From Stylophora pistillata (lineage: Eukaryota), in NCBI RefSeq assembly GCF_002571385.2, contig NW_019218260.1:39463-103462 (forward strand): a DNA stretch of 64,000 bases, given 5' to 3'. Position 1 is the first letter of the stretch, and every line of letters starts with the position of its first letter. Below, one piece after another: positions 14,654 through 25,506 of the stretch. Below the pieces are notes generated by a model. It saw only the letters and a program-made list of their open reading frames with translations, ran no database searches and had not been told where the DNA came from. A program made the position numbers and the translations under genes.

Positions 14654-14919
14654 GGTTTCTCCAGGGTGAAGGAATGGAGTATGTTTTGACAGAATGCTTT
14701 TGTCAAGACACTCTGGAGGAGTACTTTGGTAATCAACGCAAATTGGGAAGAAGTAGTGACAACCCAGACATGAGAATCTTTGGCTTCAATGATATTGCAA
14801 TAAGAATACAAAGGTCTGTTTCGTCCCAAAGTGGAAATACCCGTGGAAGGAAGGACAGGGGCAAAGCCTGGGTAAATGTAACAGATGATCCTGTTCCTAG
14901 AAAGAAGTCAAAGAATTGA
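14654..14919 (+). pseudogene. P-element/THAP9-like transposase, last exon
   Basis: [29 protein letters not shown] matches the P-transposase C-terminal QDxLExxFGxxR...DNP motif; preceded by a pyrimidine tract and AG. Confidence 0.75.
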
Positions 14920-15116
14920 CATCAGCAATTTTAATTTATTAGTAGAAAATACTGGTATATAACTTTGCAGTGGTACGTCCAAAAATGTATTGAAGTACTT
15001 GTAAAATATTCTTTGCAATGTAATGTCAATTCCATTGTTTTTCTTTTCTATTTAATCAACTGCAACATTGTCTTGTAAATGACTCGAACATTGATTCACT
15101 GATGTTTGCAAACCAC

Positions 15117-15147
<31 letters not shown>

Positions 15148-15399
15148 GTACACAACTTGTTATCTAGATAGGGCTGACTTCTAAGTTAGAATTTTAGTGT
15201 TCTATAGATGCCAAAGTAAACCAGAACATTGACATTAATAAATACATTGATTGCTTCAAAGGTGTTTGCAAACCACCTCATACATTTTAAGTATACATAA
15301 TTTGTTGACATCTAGATGACTGACTTCTGCTAACATAAACCAGAACATTGACCCTATAAATAAAATTGCCATTTGATGCATTTTATGCTGTCTTTGATT

Positions 15400-17514
15400 C
15401 TAGGGTTCTCTATCATCCTTTCCTCCACTTGCCCTTTTAATTTCCTTTCTCAGGGACTTAGCTTTCACTTGCTTCTGTTTGATCTTGTGCTTCTGAATTA
15501 CATCTCTTGCAAATGAAAATGAGCGTACACGTAAATATAAGGTGATAATACTGTGCAGCATATCTTTACTAATTCTGCTATCAATCTCCAGTGAGGATTC
15601 AGATACAATTTCATTGAAGAAAGCAACTACATCTGTATCTTTGCAACATTTCTCAATTACAGCTTCAATGTTGATAGATCTTTGGTCAGTTTTACAATTG
15701 TTTCTAAAATGATGTTCTGCCCTCAAAAATATTTTCTGGGCTTTTTTCGTTGGATTCCACAGCCCTCCACGGCTTAAGGAAGAGATAAGTTTCTGTGATT
15801 CAGTGATAGTCTTTGATTCTTCTTTGCATGCATTTAATAAAGATGTAGCCTGTTGACTTTCTGTTGATTTCCAATTCTTAGATGCTCTGTGTTTATTGTG
15901 CAGATTTTGCAAGACATAGCCTCCTAGATATTGTAGACCAGCAATCTCTTTTTCCTTTAAAGCTTTTTCAACTTCGTTATCATTTACAGGAGAAAGAGAT
16001 TCTTTGCAGTAGGCCAGGAGTCGATCAGCAAGTTTAGTTGATAACAATGTTGCTGAATTACTGGACAGACTCGGGAAGTATTTTGTAGCATGTAATGATA
16101 TGGTCGCGTAATACTTGGAGTAAAACTTGTCAGCGTTTCCATTCTTCGTAAAGCCATCAAAAATAGTCCGTATCTCTTCAAACTCTTTCGATCCTTCGCA
16201 AATGTTAAACTGGAATGATGATATTTCATCTCGCATTGCTTTTGTAAACACTTTTCTTTTGCTTATTGTCGTTTTCACGTTGTTCACCAGATCGTTCAAA
16301 ACGTCGCTTGTAAATGCTATTCTTTGCCTTGATTCTTCCTCTTGTACATCTTGTTCGGGATCTTGGTTGTTATCTTTGTGTTTAATAGTCGTGTGTCTGC
16401 TTAGACCTCGTTTACTTTTACAAACTTTTTGACATATACTACAAGCTACGTCTTGCCTTTGGACCTAGAATGTAAGAAACATTTAGTTGATCAAACTTGA
16501 TAAAATCGCCAACAGTTTGAAATCAGTTTATACCAATATTGCTACTATAACTCTTCTTAAAGCTTTAGCGATTCTAAAAGAATCCGAAAGAAATCTAATT
16601 TTTGTTCTGGAGCTCTGGAAACAGATACACAATANNNNNNNNNNNNNNNNNNNNNNNNNNNNNNNNNNNNNNNNNNNNNNNNNNNNNNNNNNNNNNNNNN
16701 NNNNNNNNNNNNNNNNNNNNNNNNNNNNNNNNNNNNNNNNNNNNNNNNNNNNNNNNNNNNNNNNNNNNNNNNNNNNNNNNNNNNNNNNNNNNNNNNNNNN
16801 NNNNNNNNNNNNNNNNNNNNNNNNNNNNNNNNNNNNNNNNNNNNNNNNNNNNNNNNNNNNNNNNNNNNNNNNNNNNNNNNNNNNNNNNNNNNNNNNNNNN
16901 NNNNNNNNNNNNNNNNNNNNNNNNNNNNNNNNNNNNNNNNNNNNNNNNNNNNNNNNNNNNNNNNNNNNNNNNNTCGCTTGTAAATGCTATTCTTTGCCTT
17001 GATTCTTCCTCTTGTACATCTTGTTCGGGATCTTGGTTGTTATCTTTGTGTTTAATAGTCGTGTGTCTGCTTAGACCTCGTTTACTTTTACAAACTTTTT
17101 GACATATACTACAAGCTATGTCTTGCCTTTGGACCTGAAGGTAAGAAACATTTAGTTGATCAAACTTGATAAAATCGCCAACAGTTTGAAATCAGTTTAT
17201 ACCAATATTGCTACTATAACTCTTCTTAAAGCTTTAGCGATTCTAAAAGAATCCGAAAGAAATCTAATTTTTGTTGTGGAGCTCTGGAAACAGATACACA
17301 ATACCGAACACTGATCGCTCTCAAGCCAACTACACTGAGCCTTTTCTAGCAACAAACCGCGAATAAAATGACTAAATAGGACTAGCTTTTGGCTTTTAAC
17401 ACGCACCTCCTGTACAACTTCATGAAACTGTTCTTCCAAATTCTCATCTTCTTGTAAAACTGCCATAATAGCATCGAAATCTTCGAAGATAAAGTCTTCG
17501 ATGCCAGGCGCCAT
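15400..17514 (-). CDS. Two-exon ORF convergent with the P-like transposase (C2H2 finger plus helical domain); probable TE accessory gene
   Basis: Exon 1 about 17407-17514 (MAPGIEDF...QE then GT). Exon 2 from about 16465 with CSICQKVCKSKRGLSRHTTIKH running into ORF 15400-16299. Spans an N gap with duplicated flanks. Confidence 0.55.
16634..16973. other. Assembly gap with duplicated flanks (16305-16633 approximately equals 16974-17302)
   Basis: Run of N; the same sequence lies on both sides. Confidence 0.9.
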
Positions 17515-17759
17515 GTTTGTTTACTGTGACAACGATAGCGATGCACGGTACTCGTGACATATCATGACGTAACGGTGCAATTCAACCAAAAATCGTAAAC
17601 AATAAGCCGGTCCTTTGAAGTTTGCCGGCCTTCCTAACCAGTCCCCTTTGATTAACTATGTTCTTGTTGTAACTTTGAACCACTTGAATCATTTAAGACC
17701 CTTCAATAGACCGACTGCTCGCAGCCTTGTTAGCGTTCCTATTGTCAATGAACAATACT

Positions 17760-20127
17760 GATGTGCCAGGAGGCATTTATGGCTCTGCTGCCTAAATGCT
17801 AGATCTATTAAAAACAAATTGGCCGATTTTGTTTGTTACGAATCTTCAACTGGTGCTGATATTTTTGCAATCACCGAATCATGGTTGTCCGAAAGGGATA
17901 TGGCCGAGAAAACGGAGATTACGCTACCTGGATACAAATTGTTTGAACATCAGAGAGTTGGTGGAACAGGCGGAGGGATTGCATTGTTATTGAATGAAGC
18001 CATCCATGTGCAAAAAGTGGACAGTGGTGAATGCAGGTCGTTCGAGTTTGGTGAATGGATTTTGAAACATGGCTCTAGTAAATTAAGGCTGATTGTAATC
18101 TACCGAATTCCCTAATCTGCCGCCCATCCTGTCTCCACAAGCATGTTTTTGGATGAGTTCCTGGCGATTTTAATATCCATGTGAATGTTCCCAATGTTTC
18201 AGACACCGCTCGTTTCATTGAACTGCTGATCTCGATGGGCCTTGAGCAGCATGTCCACAAGCCTACGAACATTTCTGGACATACACTGGATTTGATTATA
18301 ACTCGATGCTCGGACTCTTTGCTCTATGCTAAGCCTATAGCTGATTATTTGTTGTCTGATCATATTACTGTTCTATGCGATCTTGAGTTGGGAAAACCAC
18401 CCATGAAAGTAAAACAAGTGTCCAACAGAAAAATTAAGAACATTGACAGGGAAAAGCTACAGGCTGATCTATTGTCTTCTGAGCTCTGCCAAAACACTCT
18501 GGATACCCTTGATGAACTCGTTAACAGCTATAACACGACCCTAGCTCATGCTCTTGATTGGCATGCACCATTGCGTACAAAAGTGATACGTTCTAGGCCA
18601 TTAGTTCCCTGGTTCAACGAGGAAATCAAGGCAGCAAGGCGGGAGAAACGGAAAGCTGAGAAGAGTTGGCGACGAACTGGCTCTAGGGAGAATATACTGG
18701 CGTACAAAGCAAAAAAGAATGCAAATGCTTTGATGAATGAAGCTCAACGCAAATTCTATCATAACTTCATCCAGGATAATAGCAGAAGTCAGCGCCACCT
18801 ATTTTTGGCAGAAAAGAAGCTACTCAACCAGGGGGATAACAGGGCGGTGTATCCACCCGTGGACGATAACATTAACTTGGCAAATCAACTGGGAACTTTC
18901 TTTATTCAGAAAATTGAGACCATTGGTTCCAATCTCGACATGGTGCAAGGGCTACCAGCACTCTCCGACGACTACGCCCCAGAATCACCTCCCCCCTCAG
19001 CAAATTTAGCCCCCTTATGGAAGAGAAGGTGCGCAAGCTCATCAATAGCAGTACAAATAAAAGCTGCAATCTAGACCCTATGCCAACATCCCTAGTGATA
19101 GATTGCATTGATGTGCTTCTACCGATCATAAGGAAAATGATTAATTTGTGACTTCAGTCTGGGCTATTCACTTATGACTGGAAGTGTGCGCTTCTCCTTC
19201 CTCTGCTGAAGAAGACTGGGCTAGACCTTCTATACAAAAATTACAGACCTGTCAGCAACCTGTAGTATGTTTCAAAGCTGACTGCAAGGATGGTGTATGA
19301 GCAGATACACACCCATATGATGACTCATTCACTATATCCTGAGTTTCAGTCTGCATATCGTAAAAATCAAAGTATGGAAACGGCTCTTGTTAGAGTCATG
19401 AACGATATTCTCATGAAAATGAACACTCAAGAAGTCACCTTGCTGGTCATCCTCGATCTCAGCGCCGCTTTCGATACGATACGGTTAATCATAACATCCT
19501 CCTTACTCGTTTGAATGAGGAGCTTGGGATATGCGGATTGGCGTGGGAATGGTTCAGGTTGTATCTGGCGAAAAGAGGCCAGTGAGTCTCCATTGACGGA
19601 TCTCTTTCAGAGCACTTTAGCCTGGAGTGTGGTGTCACACTAGGGTCATGTCTGGGCCCCCTGCTCTTTCTAATCATGCATCCAAGCTATTCAGAGTGGT
19701 GGAAGATCAACTTTCACACATGCATTGCTATGCAGAAGACACACAGATTTATCTGAGTTTCAAACCTATCAGTAACAGGTCCCAGGAAGATGCAATCCAT
19801 GTGATGGAATGTTGTATCGAGAAGATCAGGCGCTGGCTGATCCATGATCGACTCTTTAATGACGATAAGACCGAGTTTATTGTTGTTGGAACACGCCAGC
19901 AAGTTAACAAACTAGAGGCTATGAATATTAAAGTAGGTGGTTCAGAGATAAAATCTAGCCACCAAGTTAAGAACCCTGGGAGCTGGCTTGATCCAAACCT
20001 GAATGTGTGCCACCATATTACTAATATATATAAGGCAGGTTTTTTTCTACTTGCATAATATTAGACGCATTAAAAAGTATTTATCGAGAGGCAGCTTACT
20101 CACACACATTCATCACGAGTAGGTTAG
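17760..20127 (+). mobile_element. Decayed L2-clade LINE (APE endonuclease plus RT), cut off at its 3' end by YR-1
   Basis: LCCLNARSIKNK, FAITESWL, GDFNIH, GHTLDLII, NYRPVSNL, LDLSAAFDT, YAEDTQIY with many stops and frameshifts; ends at ...FITSRL. Confidence 0.9.
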
Positions 20128-20139
20128 GGTTAGGGTTAG
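20122..20139 (+). repeat. Telomere-type tract GGTTAGGGTTAGGGTTAG at the L2/YR-1 junction
   Basis: Read directly. Confidence 0.95.
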
Positions 20140-20146
20140 ATACATC

Positions 20147-20326
20147 GTTCATTTGCCCTCCCAAAATGTTCAGTCCCGCTCCCTTGAAGTTCAGTTGCCC
20201 TCCTGTCAGTTCATTTGCCCTCCTATGCTGTTCATTTCCGCTCCTAGGGTGTTCATATCCGCTCCTTAGGTGTTCAGTTCCGCTCCTTTGGTGTTCATTT
20301 CCGCTCCCTGTTCATTTGCCCTCCCT
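20147..20326 (+). repeat. YR-1 left-end minisatellite, ~20-bp units of GTTCA(T/G)TT(G/C)C(C/G)CTCC
   Basis: About 9 copies; the motif recurs in the right arm at about 27408, 27579 and 27976, and inverted at about 28153. Confidence 0.9.
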
Positions 20327-20680
20327 CAAAATCATGAAGATTTTCGATATAGTTGGGTTGCCCCAGGGGGAATCACGTGATATTTGGCACAGTTACTAGT
20401 AGGGCAGAGTACGTATGTGTGTTTAAGTTTGGTGGAGTTTCCTTTATTTCTGGACCTAGTTGTGTAGGCAAAGTTGGACTTAGAAATTTTTTGCCAAAAT
20501 TTTGAAAATGGGGTGCCCTCATGGGAACTGCTATAACTAACGATTCTCTCACGCTCTTGACTTGAAATTTTCATGAGGCATAGACATGGCATGGAACTAG
20601 TTTACTGTGAAGTTTGAAGTAATTAGATGGCCACTCGAAAGAGATATGTTTAGGGTTAATTTGACTCTTAAAAAGCTCTT

Positions 20681-20793
20681 GGAAAATGCATGCACTGTAA
20701 GTTAGCTCTAGTTATCCCATACAAACCGGGTGGAAACTTTCCTAACCCTTTGTATGGGATAACGGGAGCTAACTTACAGTGCATGCATTTTCC
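20681..20793. repeat. Long palindrome near the YR-1 left end
   Basis: GGAAAATGCATGCACTGTAAGTTAGCTC...GAGCTAACTTACAGTGCATGCATTTTCC; homologous palindrome at 57814-57924. Confidence 0.85.
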
Positions 20794-21546
20794 AGAGCGC
20801 TAGAGACTCGTCTTGGAAATGAATGAACCTATAGCAGGAGTCTTAGGGGAATTTCAAATTTATACCAAAATGGCCATGCTACTCCTTGGCCAAAAAATCC
20901 AAGATGGCAGACACCAAATGTGGTGGTCCCATGAGAACTGCTTTAACTCCCCAACCTGTCATGCTCTTGGCTTGCAATTTATATGAGTAGGACATAATGT
21001 ATACAAGTACTCTCATATCAAATATGAATTCATTTCCTCAAGAGACAAGGGAGTTACAGTTGTTTGTAGATTGACAAGCGACACATGAAAAGTGGGCTAA
21101 GGGGTGTAGGTGAGAAAAACTCGTTTTAAGGCTTGGAAAGCACTTGTAAGGCGCTACAAACTCGTTTAGGGTATCATAGAAGCTATAGCAGGAGTTTCAG
21201 GGAAATCTAAAATTTGGACCAAAATGGCCATGCTACACCCCTTTGGAAAAAAATCCAAGATGGTGGACAAGATGGTGGACACAATCGGAGGTGCAGTCAT
21301 TTGGTCCACTGTAACTTCTCAACCCTTGATGATATTTGTATGAAACTTGTCACACTGTTACAAAAACGGATAAACTAATGGAGCGGTAAATATCATTTTA
21401 TTTCCTCGCAATACAACAGAGCAACGATGGCTGTAAGTTTGGCCATAGTAATAAGACTAAGACTAGGACTTAGCACCCTGAACTTTTGAAACGAGCCTAC
21501 TAAGCACAAGCGTTGTTTGTTTACAAGGTGGGGATGCTAACCCCAC

Positions 21547-21605
21547 GCCCAACCCTCCTCCTTTCTCATCCGGGCTTGGGACCGGCAATGGCGGAGTTAA
21601 CAAAC
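21547..21605 (-). ncRNA. Twister ribozyme (type P1), YR-1
   Basis: Minus strand reads U^AA-CUCC-GCC-AUUG-CCGG-UCCCAAGC-CCGG-AUGAGAAA-GGAG-GAGGG. P2, P4, L4 and both pseudoknots match the canonical eukaryotic twister; P1 is weak (GUUUG/UGGGC). Predicted cut between 21599 and 21598. Confidence 0.92.
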
Positions 21606-21776
21606 ACAACACATACATCACAAAACATTACAGGGCCGTGGGTTATGTCATTGGGTGATTCACCTAGTACTATTGTAGTAAATAGGAACCACCCTCAAGC
21701 CCAGGCTATATTCAACAAGACAACATATACATTACGCAACAACATTGCAATCTTTTGTGCACGTGTTAAGAATTAT

Positions 21777-21877
21777 GTGTTGTCCTGAGGCTGTGACTAT
21801 TCATGGGGCACTCCCCAAGGGTTGGGTACCTCAGCTCGTGTTTTATCCCTGACGAATATCACAGCCTCAGACAACAC
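21777..21877 (-). ncRNA. Conserved ~100-nt structured RNA of unknown class, YR-1
   Basis: Long outer stem GTGTTGTC-CTGAGGCTGTGA / TCACAGCCTCAG-ACAACAC around a conserved core; compensatory changes across five copies. Confidence 0.75.
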
Positions 21878-21921
21878 CATTAGACACTGACTATCCACAA
21901 CACGCACATAACAAGACAACA

Positions 21922-22008
21922 TTTTTTTTTTTGGTTTTATTTCTTTTTGTATTTTTTGTTTTGTTTTTTGTTTTTTTGTGTTTTTGTATTTTTCTTTTGT
22001 TTTTATTT
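21922..22008 (-). other. Genomically encoded A-rich tract in the YR-1 3' UTR
   Basis: T-rich on the plus strand, just after the stop codon; present at the same place in YR-2, 4, 5 and 6. Confidence 0.8.
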
Positions 22009-22081
22009 GGATGTGGTTGAAACCAAGGCTGAGACAAAGGTTTCTTTACCCCCAGCAGGAACAGGGATAGAGGCCACAAAG

Positions 22082-25000
22082 TCACTTATGAAGGCGTCTA
22101 TAAAAGACATTTTTAACCTTATTCCAAACGCGCTCAAACGTGTTCTCCAGCAAGATCTGTCTGAGTACCGGCGAAGCCGAGAATATGGTCCGGAGTTCTG
22201 TATTCCGAGGTGGTTTTTGCAAGGTGGACAATGCGTCTTCTATTGCCCTCGTCTCTTCATCAGTCCACTCTAGCCTTCCGGACAGACAACTGGGTTCATC
22301 TGATGAGGGTGGTCCTGACACGTATTGGGAGGTTCTTTCCGATGGTTTCACCTCAGGCAGATGCAATGGGTCTTTAGGAGATGAAGACTTTATAAGATAA
22401 CGAACTCGGTCAGACACCTGATGGATCTTGTAGTCTGAGTTGACAATTTTCCTAAGAACAGTATTAGTTTTTTTCAATGCCACCACCCGTTTCTTACGGG
22501 GGGTAGTCCTTCCGTAATGTCATCCTTAAAGACTTTAGGAATGACGGCGATCTGTTCAGAAGAGAGTGACGAAGTCGATTGGTGTGGCACTACAGCCTCC
22601 TCGTCAGACTCATTGGGCAACTGGGGTTTGGCAAGTGTTGCGGCGGGCACTCCTTCTGGCGTGACACTTGTGTGCGCAACTTCTTTCTCTGGCGTTACTA
22701 GCGTGTGAGAGGCTTCTTTCTGTGGCGTGCGTTGCGTGTGCGCAGCTGTCAGCTGACTGGCCTCAGCTGCCTGCTCTGTGAGGCTCTCACTTAAGTACCC
22801 TTTCTCAGGTGTGTTCTTGCTGAGGCACACAAGCCTTTCGTGGATAACTTCGTCTATCTCTAACGCCATACGCTGCTTCCTCTTCATCTCCATTACTACC
22901 CATTTCTCTGGCGTGACTCGCCTGTGAGAAGCTTCTTTCTGTGGCGTGGGTTGCGTGTGCGCAGCTATCTGCTTACTGGCCTCGGCTGCCTGCTCTGTGA
23001 GACTCTCTCTTAAGTACCACTGCTCGGCTGTTTTATTGCTGTGGCACATAAGCCTTCTGAGGAGCTCTTCGTCTATCTCTAACCCCATGCGCTGCTTCCT
23101 CTTCATCTCAGTCACTAGCCATTTTCTAAAATCAGTGGCACTTATGAGTCTATCTGCGCGAACACCAGTCTTTACAATAAAGGCAGAAATTCGACGTCCG
23201 ATGGTACCCCTCTGGTAAGGGGCACCATCTGTCTTTAGAAACACTCTAGCATCATTGCTCTCGTCCTCAGTTACAAGCGGCCTCAGTTTTCGGATGAAAA
23301 TGTCAACAAGATTTACCAGCCCCACGTCCATAGCGATTGGAGCGGGACCATCGGCCTCCCTCTTATGAGATGTGACTAGCATAACCTTGGTGCAGTTTTG
23401 ATTGTCCCATCGGGCAGATTTAAACATTCCCAAGGTAGCCCTCTCCAGTGCTCCTGGCCGTGTCACTACAGCCCTGGTAAGCGACACTAGAATGAAATCT
23501 CTTGCTGCACAGTACTGCTGCACTGACAACTCCTTTGTGGATGTCGCGGCATCTGCAAGCATTATCGCCTTTCTCCCCTCTACGGCAGGCTTTGAGTTCA
23601 TTATTGCGTCCACCTCCTTCTTTGTTAACAGGCTGTCACAGTCATTCAAGTATTTCTCAAAGCACTGAGATGACGTGTCCTTTGTAACGTACCGTCGCCA
23701 TCCCTTGAGACTGGCAGCAAGATCGTGGAGGCTATCCTTAGTGTCCTCTTTAATGGAAGGTAGATGCGGATGATTGCCCTTTTTGGCGACGAAGTCAAGA
23801 AACTTTTGCAAGCTGGTTAAGTATGACTTTATTGTACCTGCAGCTTTGGTAGTTCAATTGGGAACTACCCAGTCCAACCACACACGGCTGCCCTCATCTT
23901 CGGCCAAGACCAATATGTCTGCACCATTGGGGTCAATGTCGGTTAGGATGGTTTTCACCTGACAGGCGTGTTGTAAGCGATTTTGATCCTTGTGATAACC
24001 TGCGGCTGGTGTAAAAAGATATTGGAAAAAGCCAACCAGCCAGATGTGACGATTGGTCCTTGGGTTCACCTGCTTGAAGAAGGCCTCTTCGCTAGGGTAA
24101 ACATTGTCATCAGAGGAATCTTCATCTGCTGCGGTGGATGCTGTGACATTCAAGGGTGTGGGTGGAATTATATCACTGCCCTCAGTCTCTGGTGCACATT
24201 TGGAAGATGGGTTATCATCTAATGGTTTGACTATCGCGAGTGTGGGTGGGAGCACGTCACTTTCCTCAGGCTCTGGTGTTTCTTGCCGGGGCTCGGGAGT
24301 CAGGTGCGAAGATGAATCATTGTCTGAATCAACCCATTTTAAAATTGGCGTTCGCTTCTTCGAGATAGGGGGCACATATGCCTCGTCATCGGAATCATCA
24401 TCCAACACCATTGCCCTTTTCAATGGTGGAGTTGCAAGTTTTTTCTTCAGCGTGGGAGATCTTGGTGGTAGCATCTCGTTCAGCTCATCATGCATGCCCC
24501 TGTACCTCTGAGCAACCTTAAGGCATAGCTTGTAATATTGGCTTCCAACTTTCGTTTTATGTTTGTTCTGCAATTGCTGAGGGAGACAGGGCCCTAGGTA
24601 GCTGCAACCTGATCTAGGACACCAGCGCTTCCATCTGCCCTTCCTTGTTTTCATCCGCGGTCCTCTCCTCTTTCTGGCGCCTACACCCATCTGAAAAAGA
24701 CAATCTATGTCTTCTTCTGCTATGTCATTCTTTCTTAGATGCACCTTGGTAAGATGGCGCTTGAGGTTCGGACCGCGGTACCCTCTGCAGTTTGCCACCA
24801 GGCAGGTCCTGTCTTGGTGGTGACTTCAGCGGTTAGCAATCTTCCTCTTCTCATCTACTTCCTTTCCTTCCTGCTTCTCCTCCACTTCTTGATCTTCCTG
24901 CTCCTCCTCCACTTCTTGATCTTCCTGCTCCTCCTCCACTTCTTGATCTTCCTGCTCCTCCTCCACTTCTAGTTCTACCTGCTGCTCTTCTTCATGGGTC

Positions 25001-25506
25001 TCTCTGTCCCTCTCGTTCTCCCCCTCTTCACTATCTCCTTCAAGCAAAGAATCTACACCTTCTAGCTCGTTTCCTGACTCAGTATACCATTCGATTTTTT
25101 TAAACTCCTGGACTTCACATAACATGTCTGCGGTGGAACAGACGTCTTGTGCAATATTAAAGGAACCGAGAAGCATATCTGCACCATTAAGATTGTGTAC
25201 ACTCTTGTACTTGCTCTCTGTGCTCATCTCATAGACATATAAGACATATGACATCATCTTCTTGACAATTCTCTCACAGTGCTGAAGCTGGCAGTGTTGC
25301 ATCGACGCCAGAAAGTACATAAACTCGCAGATATCGGAGGTTAGCTGGATTTTCCCACTCTCAGGATTGTAAGGTTTGGGAGCCTTGTACTCGTAGCCAT
25401 CCTGAACATTAAACATCTCTAAGACTTCATCTTCTCCACTCCCGGCTCGCTCCAAGAGGTTCAGCAAAATGCTTAGTTTTTCTTCCATTTTTTGGGACTC
25501 CATCAA
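22082..25506 (-). pseudogene. YR-1 tyrosine recombinase polyprotein, intronless (two in-frame TGA codons, one frameshift)
   Basis: ORFs 24826-25506, 23854-24798 and 22474-23811 are in one frame separated by single TGA codons; 22082-22486 follows after a frameshift. Motifs: CxxxxC..H...H fingers, GTIKSYLTSLQKF, TRPGAL (Arg), SHKRE (Lys), TDFRK (Arg), LMCHSNKTAEQWY (His, Tyr), Myb-like EWTDEETRAI. Confidence 0.88.

Noticed and set aside
21777-21877. SECIS element with selenocysteine read-through of the in-frame TGA codons
   Set aside because: No AUGA/GA quartet with apical AA in the right geometry; the TGA positions differ among copies and align to Leu or Arg, consistent with decay.
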